Numbered from the stretch's first letter, positions 1-12,880 are shown. The stretch: 64,000 nucleotides of DNA from Eledone cirrhosa (GCA_964016885.1 OZ024750.1:32860001-32924000), one strand, 5' to 3'. Made by a program: numbers and translations. The notes: generated from the letters alone by a model not told the origin.

Positions 1-985
1 ATGGTGATGATGGTGGTGGTTGTGGTGGTTGTATTGATGGTGATGATGGTGATGGTGGTGGTGGTTGTGGTGGTTGTATTGATGGTGATGATGGTGGTGG
101 TGGTGGTTGTATTGATGATGGTGGTGGTGGTGGTGGTGGTTGTGGTGGTTGTATTGATGGTGATGATGGTGGTGGTGGTGGTGGTGGTTGTGGTGGTTGT
201 ATTGATGGTGATGATGGTGGTGGTGGTGGTTGTATTGATGATGGTGGTGGTGGTGGTGGTGGTTGTGGTGGTTGTATTGATGATGGTGGTGGTGATGGTG
301 GTTGTGGTGGTTGTATTGATGATGGTGGTGGTGGTGGTGGTTGTATTGATGATGGTGGTGGTGGTGGTGGTGGTTGTATTTATGATGATGTTGGTGGTTG
401 TGGTGGTTGTATTGATGATGATGATGGTGGTGGTTGTATTGATGGTGATGATGGTGGTTGTGGTGGTTGTGGTGGTTGTATTGATGGTGATGATGATGGT
501 GTTGGTGGTGATGATGGTGGTGGTGATGATGATGGTGGTGGTGGTGGTGGTGGTGGTGGTGGTGGTGGTTGTGGTGGTGTTGATAATGGTGGTGGTGATG
601 GTGGTGGTTGTAGTGTTGACAGTGGTGGTGATGATGTGATGTGATGGCAGTGGTGGTGATGGTGGTGATGATGATGGTGATGGTGGTGATTGTGGTGGTG
701 GTGGTGGTGATGGTGGTGGTTGTGGTAGTTGTGTTGGTGGTGGTGGTGATAGTGGTGGTTGTGGTAGTTGTAGTAGTGGTGGTTGTGGTGTGGTGGTTGT
801 GGTGATGGTGGTGGTTGTGGTGGTGGTTGTAGTGTTGACAGTGGTGGTGGTGGTGGTAGTAATGATGAGGGTGGTGGTGGTAGTCGTGGTAGTGGTGGTT
901 TTGGTTGTGATAGTTGTAGTAGTAGTGGATCTAGTGGTGGTGATGGTGGTGGTTGTGCTAGTGGTGGTTGTGGTAGTAGTGGGAG
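1..985. repeat. Compound (GGT/GAT/TGT)n low-complexity repeat
   Basis: Seen directly; explains the poly-V/M/G ORFs at 1-1074. Confidence 0.95.
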
Positions 986-1105
986 TGGTGAGATTTGTCT
1001 GTATTTCTGTGATGTGGGTGTTAGATAGAAAAGACAAAGGGAGTGTGATGGAGGGGGGGGTCAAAGTATTCTAACTCACAGTTTTAAACTCTGATACAAT
1101 GTCGA

Positions 1106-1336
1106 CAGCAGCAGCAGTAGCAGCAGCTGCAACAGCACCAGTCACTGCAGCAGTAGTAGCAGCAGTGGCTGCAGCAGCAGCAACAGTAGTAGCAGCCCCA
1201 GCAGCACCAGCGACAGCAGCAGCAGTAGTAGCAGCAGTGACAGCAACAGTACTAACGACAACAGCAGTAGTAGCAACAACATGCAAGAACCGCAGCAACA
1301 GTAGCAACCATAGCAGTGAAAGCAGCAATATCAGCA
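1106..1336. repeat. Degenerate (GCA/GTA/ACA)n trinucleotide tract
   Basis: Seen directly; explains the poly-Ala ORFs on both strands. Confidence 0.85.
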
Positions 1337-1669
1337 GTCACATCTACTATACTACTATTTTAACTGCTGTTGTTGTGGTTTGTGCAGCTGCTGCTGTGAT
1401 GTTTGCAGCCATTGCTGCAGTCAAAGTTTGTAGTATTATAGTATATCGAAGTCCTTAAACTCTTCATTCAATCAAAAATTAAAACTGTATTGATTTCTTT
1501 CGACTGGACACAAGATAAATTACTCGAGCAGACAAATAAAACAAGACGAAAGAAACAATTATCAGCTGAGATTTTTTTTTTTAAAATTTAAATAATCAGA
1601 ATTTATATTAAAATTTATATAAAAACAGATGAAAAATTTCTTTTAAAATGTTGGTAAAGACATGCTTAA

Positions 1670-2244
1670 CCCTTTAGCATTTAAACTGGCCATATTCGAC
1701 CAGAATTCTCATTCTCTCACCTCTTTCTGTTCAAACTGGCCATAACAAGCCATTCATACTGATTTTAAGGTATTGTTTTCAAAATAAATACCATAAAAAT
1801 CTCATAGATTCAATATTATGTAAGATAAAGCCTTTACCATGAAAATGCAATAGTATATATATAGAGTAATCATCATCATCATCATCATCATCATCATTTT
1901 ACGTCCGCTTTTCCCTGCTTGCAAGGGTGGGATGGGAACTGATTATGGCTTGATTTCTACAGCTGGATGCCCTTCCTAACACCAACCTCATTTACAGTGA
2001 GTGCTGGGTGCTTTTTTGCCATGGCACCTCCACGACCACTTTGCAGTGGAATGATATGAATCCCAGTCCCTATCATCTCATTTCTACAGCTGAGTAAACT
2101 GGAGCAATGTGAAATAAAGTGTCTTGCTCAAGGTAACAACACATCACCCGGTCTGAGAATTGAACTCACAACCTTTCGATTTCAAGGCCAATGCTCTAAC
2201 CACTAAGCCATGTGCCTCCATAATGTAATGTAAATGATAAAGGG
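1670..2244. mobile_element. Putative piggyBac-like MITE with a nested SINE
   Basis: TTAA|CCCTTTAGCATTTA at the left and TAAATGATAAAGGG|TTAC at the right form imperfect TIRs with a TTAA-like target site. Confidence 0.55.
1871..2219 (-). mobile_element. SINE family A (tRNA head + CORE-like domain + RTE-type tail)
   Basis: Minus strand: GGAGGCACATGGCTTAGTGG (A box), GAGTTCAATTC (B box), CCTTGAGCAAGACACTT...CAGTTTACTCAGCTGTAGAAATG (MIR CORE-like), (ATG)n tail. Five near-identical copies in the window. Confidence 0.9.
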
Positions 2245-2291
2245 TTACAGGTGGCACTCGAGTCCTCTCCTAATAATTTTTTGAGGCAAGC

Positions 2292-2595
2292 CAGTGATTC
2301 CCAACGTGGGGTGCACACCCCACAGAGGGGCAATTTGAGTATTTAAGAGGGCCTATTTGAAAATGATGTTAATGAGAACAAGCCTCTGGTTTTATTTTAT
2401 TACTTTTACACCAAGGCAACTTTGGAGCATCTTACTGTCAGAAACTCCTGTCTCACCTCCTCCACATGTTATTGTACATGTGGCACCACTTATACACCAA
2501 TTTGTTTACACTTTGTAGTTTATTATTGGTATTTTCATGTCAAAGAGGTACATAACAATTTTTAGATGTTAGGGTGGGGCATAGTGGAACCACTG
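2292..2595. mobile_element. Putative hAT/Charlie-like MITE
   Basis: CAGTGATTCCCAA...TGGAACCACTG terminal inverted repeats; no matching 8-bp TSD found. Confidence 0.4.
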
Positions 2596-3334
2596 GTTTA
2601 CAGCATTGCCTTGGGTGATAGTGAGGCTAAGACATTGAAATAACAAAGCACCCCCACCAGGAGCATTACATGATATGTTAGTAAGACAAGTTGCCAATAG
2701 TGAAAAGAACCTCATTTTCAGTGGCCCAGCTCCCCACCCCAAATATCTCTAATGTCACACCAGGCTGTTGTTTCTATTTTCTTTTATTGGTCGTCAGGAG
2801 AAATAAGAGTGACTGCAACACTATAAGGTCTCCCTAGTCTTGTGAAAGAAAGGGCAAAATGTATCTTTAATTAGGTGATGACAATGGTGGTGGTGATGAT
2901 GATGGTGGTGATGGTGATGATGATGATGATGATGGTGGTTTTGGTGTTGATAGTGGTGGTCAGTGGCCTGAAAACTCATAACAGAACGAACTATGTTAAA
3001 CTCATTCAAAGACCAGGTGGTGTTGTTAAACAGGGTGACAGCAGGGCTAGATGAAATATTAAGTAAAATAAACACTTTCTTAGAACATCAAGGGATGATG
3101 GTCCCATTTAAATAAAACGATGCCTTACTTCCTTTGATGTCCTAAGCATGAGTTTATATTCCTTAAGAGATAATCCAGCCTTACGATCATCCAGTTTAAA
3201 GCCATTTTGTCATTTCAATAACATTTTTTGGCAGACTTTATACATGGGTGTGAGTTGGGGCACCATAATATTTTAATAGGTTAGGACCTCATTTTAATGG
3301 GTTAGGACCTCAAAAGGATTTAATCTGATCCCTG

Positions 3335-3830
3335 GTTGTAGCAACAAAATCAGTGCACCATTTATTGACCCCAGAGGATGACAGGCAATGCTGTAGCAAC
3401 TACACCAGGCAACTCTTTATCAACTCCAGAAGGATGACAGGCAATGCTGTAGCAACTAGCCCAGGCAACTCTTTATTGACCCCAGAAGAATGACAGGCAA
3501 TGATGTAGCAACTACCCCAGGCAACTCTTTATCAACCCCAGAAGGATGACAAGCAATGCTGTAGCAACTACACCAGGAAATTTTTTATTGACCCCCAGAA
3601 GGATGAAAAGCAATGTTATAGCAACTACCCCAGGCAACTGTTTATCGATCCCAGAAGAATGACAGGCAATACTGTAGCAACTACCCCAGGCAACTGTTTA
3701 TCGACCCCAGAAGGATGACGGGCAATGTGTTAGCAACTACACCAGGCAACTGTTTATTGACCCCAGAAGGATGACAGGCAATGCTGTAGCAACTACACCA
3801 GGCAACTGTTTATTGAGCTGATAAGAAGGA
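3335..3830. repeat. 56-bp minisatellite, ~8-9 copies, containing the SINE-B core motif
   Basis: Unit CTGTAGCAACTACACCAGGCAACTGTTTATTGACCCCAGAAGGATGACAGGCAATG; period 56 (3391 to 3447). Confidence 0.9.
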
Positions 3831-4443
3831 CAAAAGTTAATGCTATCCTATGTAGGTTTTGAAGTCAGTAAGTGTGAGAAACCTGAATAAATAACAGAAG
3901 GAATGTTGTGTCCAGCTTTCTAATACTTTTCCAAATTCAGTTTAGAATGTTGGACCATGTTTTATTGATCCAAATAGAATAACAGGCAATTTGAAAGAAA
4001 ACATTATGAGACTTGTATTTTTGTCTAGTAGTAGTGGTGGTGATCATCATGGTTGTTTACTAGAAGTAGTAGTAATGTTGGTGGAAGTTTAGTAGTAGTG
4101 TGGGTAGTGACTGTAGTAAAATGTTGGTGGAAGTTTAGTAGTAGTGTGGCTAGTGACTGTAGTAGAAGTGGTGGTTATAGTAGTGGTGATGGTGGCTGTA
4201 GTCGTAGTTGTGGTAGTTATAATAGTAGTGGTGGTGGTAGTTTAGTAATAGTAGTAGTTATAGTAGTAATAGTGTTGCTAGTGGCTATAGTAGTGGTAGT
4301 TCTACAGCAAATCATCCATAGTAAGAATGATAGCCACAAGAATTCAATGCTAGAAATAGCAGCCAAATTCCCATCAAGTCACATCTTTAGTTTTTAGCAA
4401 AAGGAAAGGTTGCATCAAATAATGTAGAGTTACATAGATATAA

Positions 4444-4790
4444 GAGGCTGCAGCATGCCAAAGGGTTAAGACCTTCCCTTTGCAAACGTTAGGTCCTGGG
4501 TTCGATCCTACTGTTTGATATCTTGAGCAATTGTCACTTACCATAGCCTCGGCTTGTAAGGGAAATTGTGTAGATGGAAACTGTTTAGAAAACCGTTGGA
4601 TAAGCTGAACATGCAATTCAAAGAGCAAGCCATGCTATACACTATATCATGCTGAATCTCCCTGAGAATTACCATGTGGTATACATGTCAGTCAGTGGAA
4701 GGCTTAGCCATTTACATATTAATTTCATGAGCAGGCTGTTCTACTGATCGAATCAGCAGGGCCAGTCATCGTCGAAACCGACGGAGGTTC
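4444..4790 (+). mobile_element. Old tRNA-derived SINE (family D)
   Basis: B box GGTTCGATCC at ~4499 followed by a CTTGAGCAA CORE-like start; diverged single copy. Confidence 0.55.
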
Positions 4791-4842
4791 GTCGATAAAA
4801 TGGCTGCCATCAGGTAAACAACCAGAACAATAATCTAAACTT

Positions 4843-5122
4843 TAAAGTCTGTCTCAAGCATGGAGGCCCATCTGGCTGGTGCATACCCTGGTCTCTGTGA
4901 CGTTAGGCGACTGAGAGAGCAAGATTCCCTCATCCTGGACAGGACACCAGTCCATTGTAAGATTAAACCTCCAGCAATTACCGGAACTCATTTTCAACTG
5001 AGTGGAAAGAAGCAACATGAAATGATGTGTTTTGCTCAAGAACACAACATACAACACAGTCGAGGAATCGAACACACGACATTTATGATCGTGAGTTTGA
5101 TTCCTTTAAGTTATACGCCTCC
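4843..5122 (-). mobile_element. Old CORE-type SINE (family E)
   Basis: Minus-strand B box GTTCGATTCC, TTCTTGAGCAAAACAC CORE-like block, ATGGACTGGTGTCCTGTCCAGG body; second copy at 53982-54252. Confidence 0.7.
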
Positions 5123-6149
5123 ACTAACAAGAATAATTATAGAATATTTCGTTTCAGAAAATTATTCGGGGAGTGTTTATCAAAAGCTACATATAATGTT
5201 AGTACTCATTAAACATCACATTGCTTTTAGTTTTATTTGCTGGAAGAACTTCGTTAAGTTAGTTTGAAATTTTGAATGAATTTCTCTTTTTTACCTTTTT
5301 TTCTAACATTTTGTCTAGCCATATTTGTAGATATAGGTGAGTTTCTTAGTGTGTATTTTGTATCTTGGGGGTAATGTATGTCAGAGACACTTTTTGTCCT
5401 TCATTTGAAGAAACCAGCTGTGCTCAGACTTGGAGAGGAGATAGACGCCATGAGGTATTGAAACAAGCCGTCCAAAACCGTCCTATGTCTCAATGGCATC
5501 GTACGACTCTACCGGAAGTGATGAGTAACTGATGAGGAGATATCTATGATGTACGACTGTTTTCGAACAGAAGTCCATGTACTGTGGTAGAAGACATTGT
5601 GTATTACTGTTTCTGTCCGCAATTTTACTCCACCGTCGGTCCTGAAAACCAGGTAGGTGTTATTGTACGTTATAACTCACTCACAGGAAAGATTATTCCA
5701 CGGGTCAACTAGGACCTCTATAAAACAATCGTTAGAGGACATCCAAAATCCTTTTTTACTTTGCAGGCCAGAGATACGTCAATATTAATTTTGGCTACCC
5801 TTGTACGAATTCCTCAGAGAAAAAACAAAGTTTCTTGCAAGCAGAGGCGTAACTATGAAAAATAACGCTTATAGCAAATAGTGAAATTATACACCTGCCC
5901 ATTGTAGTTTAAATAAGTAAAGGTTTAGGATATTAGACTGCATTTTCATTTGTTCTACAGGTATCTTTTACAAATAATTATATGCGAAACATTTGTAAAG
6001 GTGTTAGAGTATTTAAAGGGAGCTCTGTGTGTAATACTGATCTTTGACAAAATATTTGACAAGTCATACTATGAGGTATATCTATGTAGTCATTCAGTTC
6101 CCAGCACTGTATTTTTACCTATGGGCATAATAATTTATATATAAATATT

Positions 6150-6694
6150 TTAACTAGACCTGAAAAATGCGCAAGCTCAAAAGAGCCACAGAATGTTATA
6201 ATAAACCTTCAAAAGTGTGGGACTAGAGTTGTTGCTAAAAATATTGTAACATTATCTATCGTACACTCTGTGGCATCCTTTTATAAAAAAGAGACTCAAG
6301 ACGACACGATAATTATTTAAGCTAATATTCAATATCTTATATTAGATGTTTAGTAATGATTAATACGAAATGCACTTAAACCGAATTCTATATTATAAAT
6401 TCATTAAAATAATTATCGTGTGGTGTCTTTAGTTCGTTATGAGTCTCTTTTTTTATAAAAGAGTGTACAATAGATAATTGTTTCTACTATAGGCACAAGG
6501 CCAGCAATTACCCAGTACATTACTGGTACTTTATTTTATCGACCCCGTAAGGATGAAAGGCAAAGTTAACCTCGGTGTACAATAGATAATGATTACAATA
6601 ATTTTGAGCAACAACTCTAGTCCCACACTTTTGAAGGTTTATTATAACATTCTGTGGCTCTTTTGAGCTTGCGCAATTTTCAGGTCTAGTTTAA
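6150..6694. repeat. Long palindromic (foldback) element interrupted by a SINE
   Basis: ~6152-6265 is the reverse complement of ~6576-6691; inner arms ~6277-6318 and ~6409-6460 also pair. Confidence 0.85.
6479..6574 (-). mobile_element. 5'-truncated SINE family B with a 16-bp TSD
   Basis: SINE-B 3' half flanked by GTGTACAATAGATAAT at 6463-6478 and 6575-6590. Confidence 0.9.
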
Positions 6695-7117
6695 CATCTT
6701 CTTAAGGCAACGCTTGTAATAACTCTAGTTAAACATGATATATATATATTAATAATAAATTATCGTTGTAATGTAATTAGATTATATAATTGTTATTTTA
6801 TAAATGATCTTATAAATATTATTGTAAGATGTATAAAAATATTTTCTGACTTTTAATATAAACAACTACAAAAAACAATCAATATTAAATAAATATATTT
6901 TACATAATAATTGTTATAGTTGAATTAATCAAAATTAAATATTACATACAAATAGTCTAACATAATAATAAAAAGCATAATCTAACATAATAATAATAAA
7001 ATAATCTACAAATATACAAGTAAATATGATACAACCAATATTATAAGCATGTTATAACGAATTGAAAAAAAAATAGTTAATATAAATTTTAAAAATCATA
7101 TATAAATTAATAATATA

Positions 7118-7245
7118 ACTTACCAAAACGAGAAAATATTTTGAAGTTAAACGACGAAATACAGGAGGAAGATTCGAAAGCGAAACGATAAATAAATGTG
7201 CAAACAAAGTGGCGTATGCTTTTGAGCAACAATTACTCTCATTGG
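7118..7245 (-). promoter_or_regulatory. Candidate short first exon (CCAAT box + splice donor)
   Basis: Minus-strand AACCAATGA at ~7241-7245 and consensus donor TTG|GTAAGT at 7124/7123. Motif evidence only. Confidence 0.25.
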
Positions 7246-8648
7246 TTGAATAAGACGATACATTATTACAAAAGATGTTTGGCAGGGATCACCACGGCCA
7301 GCGAAACCCCTTGAATTTTTTTATCCACAAGCTACGCATATATGTCATCAGACACGCAGACTTAAAACATTCTGTTGTTAGTCACTGCGTGTCTAACAGA
7401 TACTCCAGCCACCATAGTGCTTCTCATCCATAATAATTAGAGACAGATCATATATCTGAAGAAGTTTCTTTTTTCACTCTTCTAAGATAGTTTATCTGAT
7501 TCTAACAGAATGTGCTCCTGGTCCAAGTTACGCCCATGGCACGTGCTATGATTGCCACACCCTAATTACGCCTCTGCTCGTATGATATCCCATCCAAACA
7601 GGTTATTTTTCTGGCTGGGTCATGTCTATGTCTAAGATTTCATTATTGGGTGTGACCTTTGCAAAAGTGTGTGTGGAACGACGTGTCCTGTTATTGTGTT
7701 GTCAAAATTGCTCTTATTTGTGAACTCCCAACCCAAACGCTCTAAATACATCATTATTTTCCTTTTAAAAATATTAGCGTCGTTTATTTACAATATTTCT
7801 GTTTCTGTGTTTTTTGTGCACCTGTCAAGGCTTTTGTTTGTGTGAGGAGGGCATGTCTGGCCGACATTTTCTGTTGAATGTCAGCTAACAAAAAAGAAGT
7901 ATTTTAGAATGTTTTATTTTCGTTCAATGTGAAACAGATTAATAAAACGAATTGTTCACCTTTCTTTGAATCACCTCTAACGAATTGACACGGTAAAAGA
8001 CATTGGAATCTTGGAAATAAATTCCTCGGGAACAATCCAGAACAAACGCACTGAAATAAAAGACGTCTTGTCACGTTAAAATCTATTACTACTACTACTA
8101 ATAATAATAATAACAGTGGAAGCAGACTAGCACGAGAGAATGGTGTTTGACAACTCCGAATAACAAATATTAAAGTAATCAAGAAACAAACAGAAAAATC
8201 AAATCGAAAAAGAATTGATGGAAATGTTGAAGAATATCTTTGTAAGCAGTACTTATAAAATGTATTGATCATTATAGCTTCGAATTGATGTATTACAACT
8301 TTGCATATTATTCGTCAATCTCATGCAATATGTAAACGAACAATCAGAGTACGGTTCTTATCACCAGACAGCTTCATCACCCCCACTACAATAATTCAGA
8401 TTAAAACTTCGTCTCCCAAGTGTGATCATTGGCCTCTGTTTTCTGTCTTTAGGGATATTTTTATATAACTTACATGCTATTGTCATCGAGGGCATTTGTC
8501 TGTTTTAATAGATGTTTCTCGCGTTCGAGTTTCCAACTTGTTTCTATAAATTTAAAAACCTTATATTTTAATTCAAGGTTAATGTTAATAATACAGAAAT
8601 GTGAGCTTTGAATTTCATGTACGAAATTCCAGTAAATATTTATTATTA

Positions 8649-8857
8649 CACCCGCCTCCGAGATGCATGTAATAGTAAAAGAATTAATTTTAAAGATAGT
8701 CAGGGCTAGTTAATGGGTTTCGTTAGAAGTTTGAAGGTGAAATTTATGGTTTTCCCTATGATATTTTTGTATATTTTCAACAAATATGGCCTTGAAAACC
8801 GTTGTAAATTACTCGATTGATGCAGTTCCTCCACTAGACCCGTCTCAGAAATGGGTG
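8649..8857. mobile_element. Putative Tc1/mariner-type MITE
   Basis: TA|CACCCGCCTCCGAGATG...CGTCTCAGAAATGGGTG|TA imperfect TIRs with TA flanks. Confidence 0.45.
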
Positions 8858-9493
8858 TAACAATAGAAAATGTTATGTGCAAAACTTCACAAATCTAAAA
8901 ATCTAAAACCGAACACACTGGTACAGGACGACGGAGATGAGGACCTTAAAAACAAAGATCCGCACGTTAACTTAACATGACAATATAAAACAAAATCCTA
9001 TGTGGATACAAGAGGAATATGTTTTTATTCTAAACGACTCTGAACACAAAATGAAAACACGATATGTTGGTTCAAAATCTGAAGGTAAAATATGATTCGG
9101 GACCCTCAACAGACTAGTTAACTTAAAAGGAAAAACGACAGAAATAAAAATACAGAAAATAAAAGCGATTTTAATATTTGTGACGTCTTATATCGCAGTG
9201 TCATCGTATATAGTTCCAAATTTGATTGAATTCCTCTGAAACACAAAGCTAAGTGAAGTGAAGTGCATTTCTGCTACCTTCCTTACTTTGAAATAAAGGC
9301 TTCTACTCTATGATGCCAAATGTAACTTCATATACTTTTCAGATTTACCTTTCACAGAAGAATGATTTTAAACTCTTCACATTTTCCCCCTCTGTTTATG
9401 CATTTATATGTGTATGTGAACTTGCTTCCTAGAGAATAATTAAATTCGTCTGCTGGAAATATTATCGCATAAGGACAATTTATATAAGAATTC

Positions 9494-9998
9494 ACTCACC
9501 GTATACGTTCAGTTTTGAACGGAAGTGAGTGGTTTAGTCACGATCAAGATAACTACAGAAAATGGTTAACATTTCTTCGTCTTACTATTATTTTCAGTAT
9601 GGTATCAATGATGTTGTTGTTGATGTTTCTGTATCTGTAATTAATGTTGCTCTTGTTATTATTTATTATCTTCTTGTTATTGTTTTTAACGATCCCGATG
9701 CCACTTGTTTTGTTCGACTTTTCGTTGACATTTTCAGCCATTTTGTTGTTGGTCTTGTGAATGTTAACATTTTAAAATATTTTTCTACCTTCCATTGCAT
9801 TATTGTTTTTTTTTTCTTCTGTTGGTGCTGTTAGTGGTGCTGGTCATTGTTTTTGTTCTTACAGTTGTTTATACTGATGCCGTTTTCCGTCTCACTGGAA
9901 AAAGTTATTTCTTCTCCGGTTTGACAGGTGAGGTTGTCGAAGCAGATGACAGTTTTAGCGTTAACGCTACCTCTGCTGTCATGGTGGCGTTCCATTGG
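9494..9998 (-). promoter_or_regulatory. Candidate promoter and 5' exon of a minus-strand gene
   Basis: Non-repetitive, CpG-containing stretch with CCAAT (9994-9998), a YY1-like AAAATGGC (~9737-9744) and consensus donor ACG|GTGAGT at 9500/9499. Confidence 0.35.
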
Positions 9999-10238
9999 TT
10001 ATCTCTTTATAAAAATCAAATGTGTTCATACACATACCCACTTACACACACACACATACAGACACACATACACATACCCTTACAATATGTATATCATTTA
10101 TCTTAGGCTGTTTATCAATAGGTAGAACTGATGGTTCGAGTTGGTAAACTTATGATGCAACAATTAATAAAAGCACTCAACATTATGCAAATAATCCATC
10201 GTATATGTAGTATCCAGTGGCTGGTGCACAGGAACGGA

Positions 10239-10284
<46 letters not shown>

Positions 10285-10444
10285 TAGTTAAGGTACTCGG
10301 CTTCGCCCGGGAGAACAGTTAAGAGAAGACGGATAAAAGAGAAAACGACTGTATTGGAAGTGCTGTCTGGTTTACAGTATGATGTGAGACCGTGGTGTAT
10401 GTGTGAGAGAGAGAGAGAGGGGGGGGGGGGGAAACAAAAATCAT

Positions 10445-10839
10445 AAAACTTCCTTATTAGGCTGGGTGAATAAACTGGCGATTAAATGGTAACATTAGCC
10501 TTGGATTTTAAATGTGAAATAACCATAGTCAGTATGATCTTTTTCAGCTCAAAAGGACATCATCTGAAATGCAGCAATATATCGCACAACTTTCTTCTGA
10601 CGTGTTTCGTTTCGTTAGTAAGGTCTGTAAGCAGTATATGGATAAAAAGCTGGACGGTCCTCTATCAGTGGAAGTCTGACATTTCCTCCTAAGCAACATA
10701 TGCCAAGTGTAATATCCATGCTACCAATCGTGACATTAGGATCATTTGTATGATTCTTGGATGGATCATATGAAAACGCCGCTCTTGGCCAGTTTTTTCT
10801 GCCTTGAAGAGTTTTGTGCTCCTTGAGTTTGCATCGCAA
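10445..10839 (-). pseudogene. Helitron RepHel N-terminal fragment (disrupted)
   Basis: AFSYDPS..VTIGSMDI..GICCLGGNVRLP, then after frameshifts AAFQMMSF..FTFKIQG*CYHLIASL. These match the Helitron motifs AFxYDP, CCxxGxVxLP, FQMTSFG and FKIQGQVYH. Confidence 0.8.
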
Positions 10840-11205
10840 CTGTCACCTCTTGGGGATTTTCATATTGACCCTCTGTTTATTGCGATAGTCTTTTTTATTG
10901 TCTTAATTTTTCTGATTCCTGTCTCAGGTTCTGTACACTTTCAGAAAGTTGCGATCGTCTTTGTTTTCTTAACCTTTCTGTTTCCCGTATCATATTCTGA
11001 ATTAGGTCAATAATAACATGACACTGTCTTCAAAAAGCTAAATCAATATACAGCATAGATTCATTTGAAATAGTATACATTTTTATCTGTTTTGCGAAAT
11101 CAAAGACTGGTGTAAAATGACTTTATAAAAGTTAACGTAATATTGTTAAACACTCAACTGATACTTTGATCTCTAGTTTAAGCCGATTCTAGAATTTTGT
11201 CGGAC

Positions 11206-11206
<1 letters not shown>

Positions 11207-11276
<70 letters not shown>
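11207..11276. repeat. (CT)n microsatellite inside the Helitron
   Basis: Seen directly. Confidence 0.95.
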
Positions 11277-11279
<3 letters not shown>

Positions 11280-12324
11280 ATCTAACACTTTGAATGTATC
11301 TCTCTCTGTATAACGGCCTATCTCTCCCTCTATGTCTCTCTCTTTAGATGTATGTGTGTTTGTTCGTTATGTCAATCGTCACAGAAATGTATGTATACTC
11401 ACACACACATACACTCTCTCATACACTCACACATATACTTGTCAGTCAACACGTATGTATATGTATATATGTATGTTTAGATGTGTATGCGTGTTTAATT
11501 CTCTGTGTATCTGATTAAATATTTACGTGTATACAACTTACTAAGGCCTAACGTATGCAACGAACGGGCAAACACACACAATCACAGACACATACACGCT
11601 CATATACAAAATGTGACGTCGTCGTCATGGTAGTGTTATAAAATGTCCGTTTACTCTAGTAGATTATTTTAGATAAAATGTTATATTGTTTTAATCCAGA
11701 TGAAAATAAAAATTGCATGTTGTTACCTTGTGAAATTTGATTTAATTTGGTCGAACCGTTTGTGAATGCATAAGGAAAAGACAGAGACAAAGAATTATAT
11801 ATATATACATATATATATAGAGAGAGAGATATATATGTGTGTGTGTGTGTGTAATAAATAGTGGAGAAGAGATAAACACGTTTGTCGCAATGGTATATAA
11901 ACTTAAGAAAATTAACAAAGAAAGGACAAGACAACGAACAGACACAAAACAAACTGAAAAACAGTTTTTTAAGGGGAAACCCTATAAAAGGATTTTTTTA
12001 AAATAAATATACAAAGGAAGGACACAGAACTCCATGGCCATCGGCTGTTGAGATGGACTTGGGCAGTTTTGATCCCTACTAACGGTGGATAACAATATGT
12101 ATATAAATATACACATTGAATTTGTCAACATGCCAGTAAGTAGGTATTTCCCTGTATATTGAAAAAATATTAATGCCTTTAATCGATTTTCGGACCTAAT
12201 TGAATGTGTTTATCATATTTTCAATTTACAGGAGACTTGATACTTTCTGGCATATATGTGTATATAACCGTTTCTCGGTTACATACACTGTATACAGATA
12301 TAATTTTATCGTACACTTCGGCTG

Positions 12325-12364
<40 letters not shown>

Positions 12365-12404
12365 GTGGTTACACAACAGTTAGTTCACCCCACTGAGAAC
12401 AATT

Positions 12405-12444
12405 CCGAGCTGAGGATCCGCTAAGGTGAAACAATTGTTCTCGG
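12405..12444 (+). ncRNA. Minimal type I hammerhead ribozyme motif
   Basis: CCGAG CUGAGGA UCC-GCUAA-GGU GAAA CAAUUG UU^CUCGG: stem I CCGAG/CUCGG, palindromic helix III CAAUUG, very short stem II. Confidence 0.7.
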
Positions 12445-12487
12445 TATGGTGAACTAACTGTTATATATATATATATATATATATATA

Positions 12488-12880
<393 letters not shown>

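Larger units (their letters stand above)
5842..7576. mobile_element. Putative old hAT-like element
   Basis: TIRs CAGAGGCGTAACTA...TAATTACGCCTCTG; flanking 8-mers CTTGCAAG and CTCGTATG match 5/8. Confidence 0.4.
10284..11829 (-). mobile_element. Internally deleted Helitron with both termini
   Basis: Minus strand begins A|TC and ends with the hairpin CCCGGGCGAAGCCGAG followed by CTAG|T. It contains a RepHel N-terminal remnant. Confidence 0.85.

Noticed and set aside
1-1458. Poly-Val/Met, Gly-rich and poly-Ala ORFs
   Set aside because: Trinucleotide low-complexity sequence open in several frames and on both strands.
5524-5580. CTGATGA..GAAC as a hammerhead
   Set aside because: GAAC instead of GAAA, and no stem I complementarity.
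7780-7890. Minus-strand ENVGQT as a GIY-YIG (YIGQT) remnant
   Set aside because: A single short motif without supporting flanking residues.
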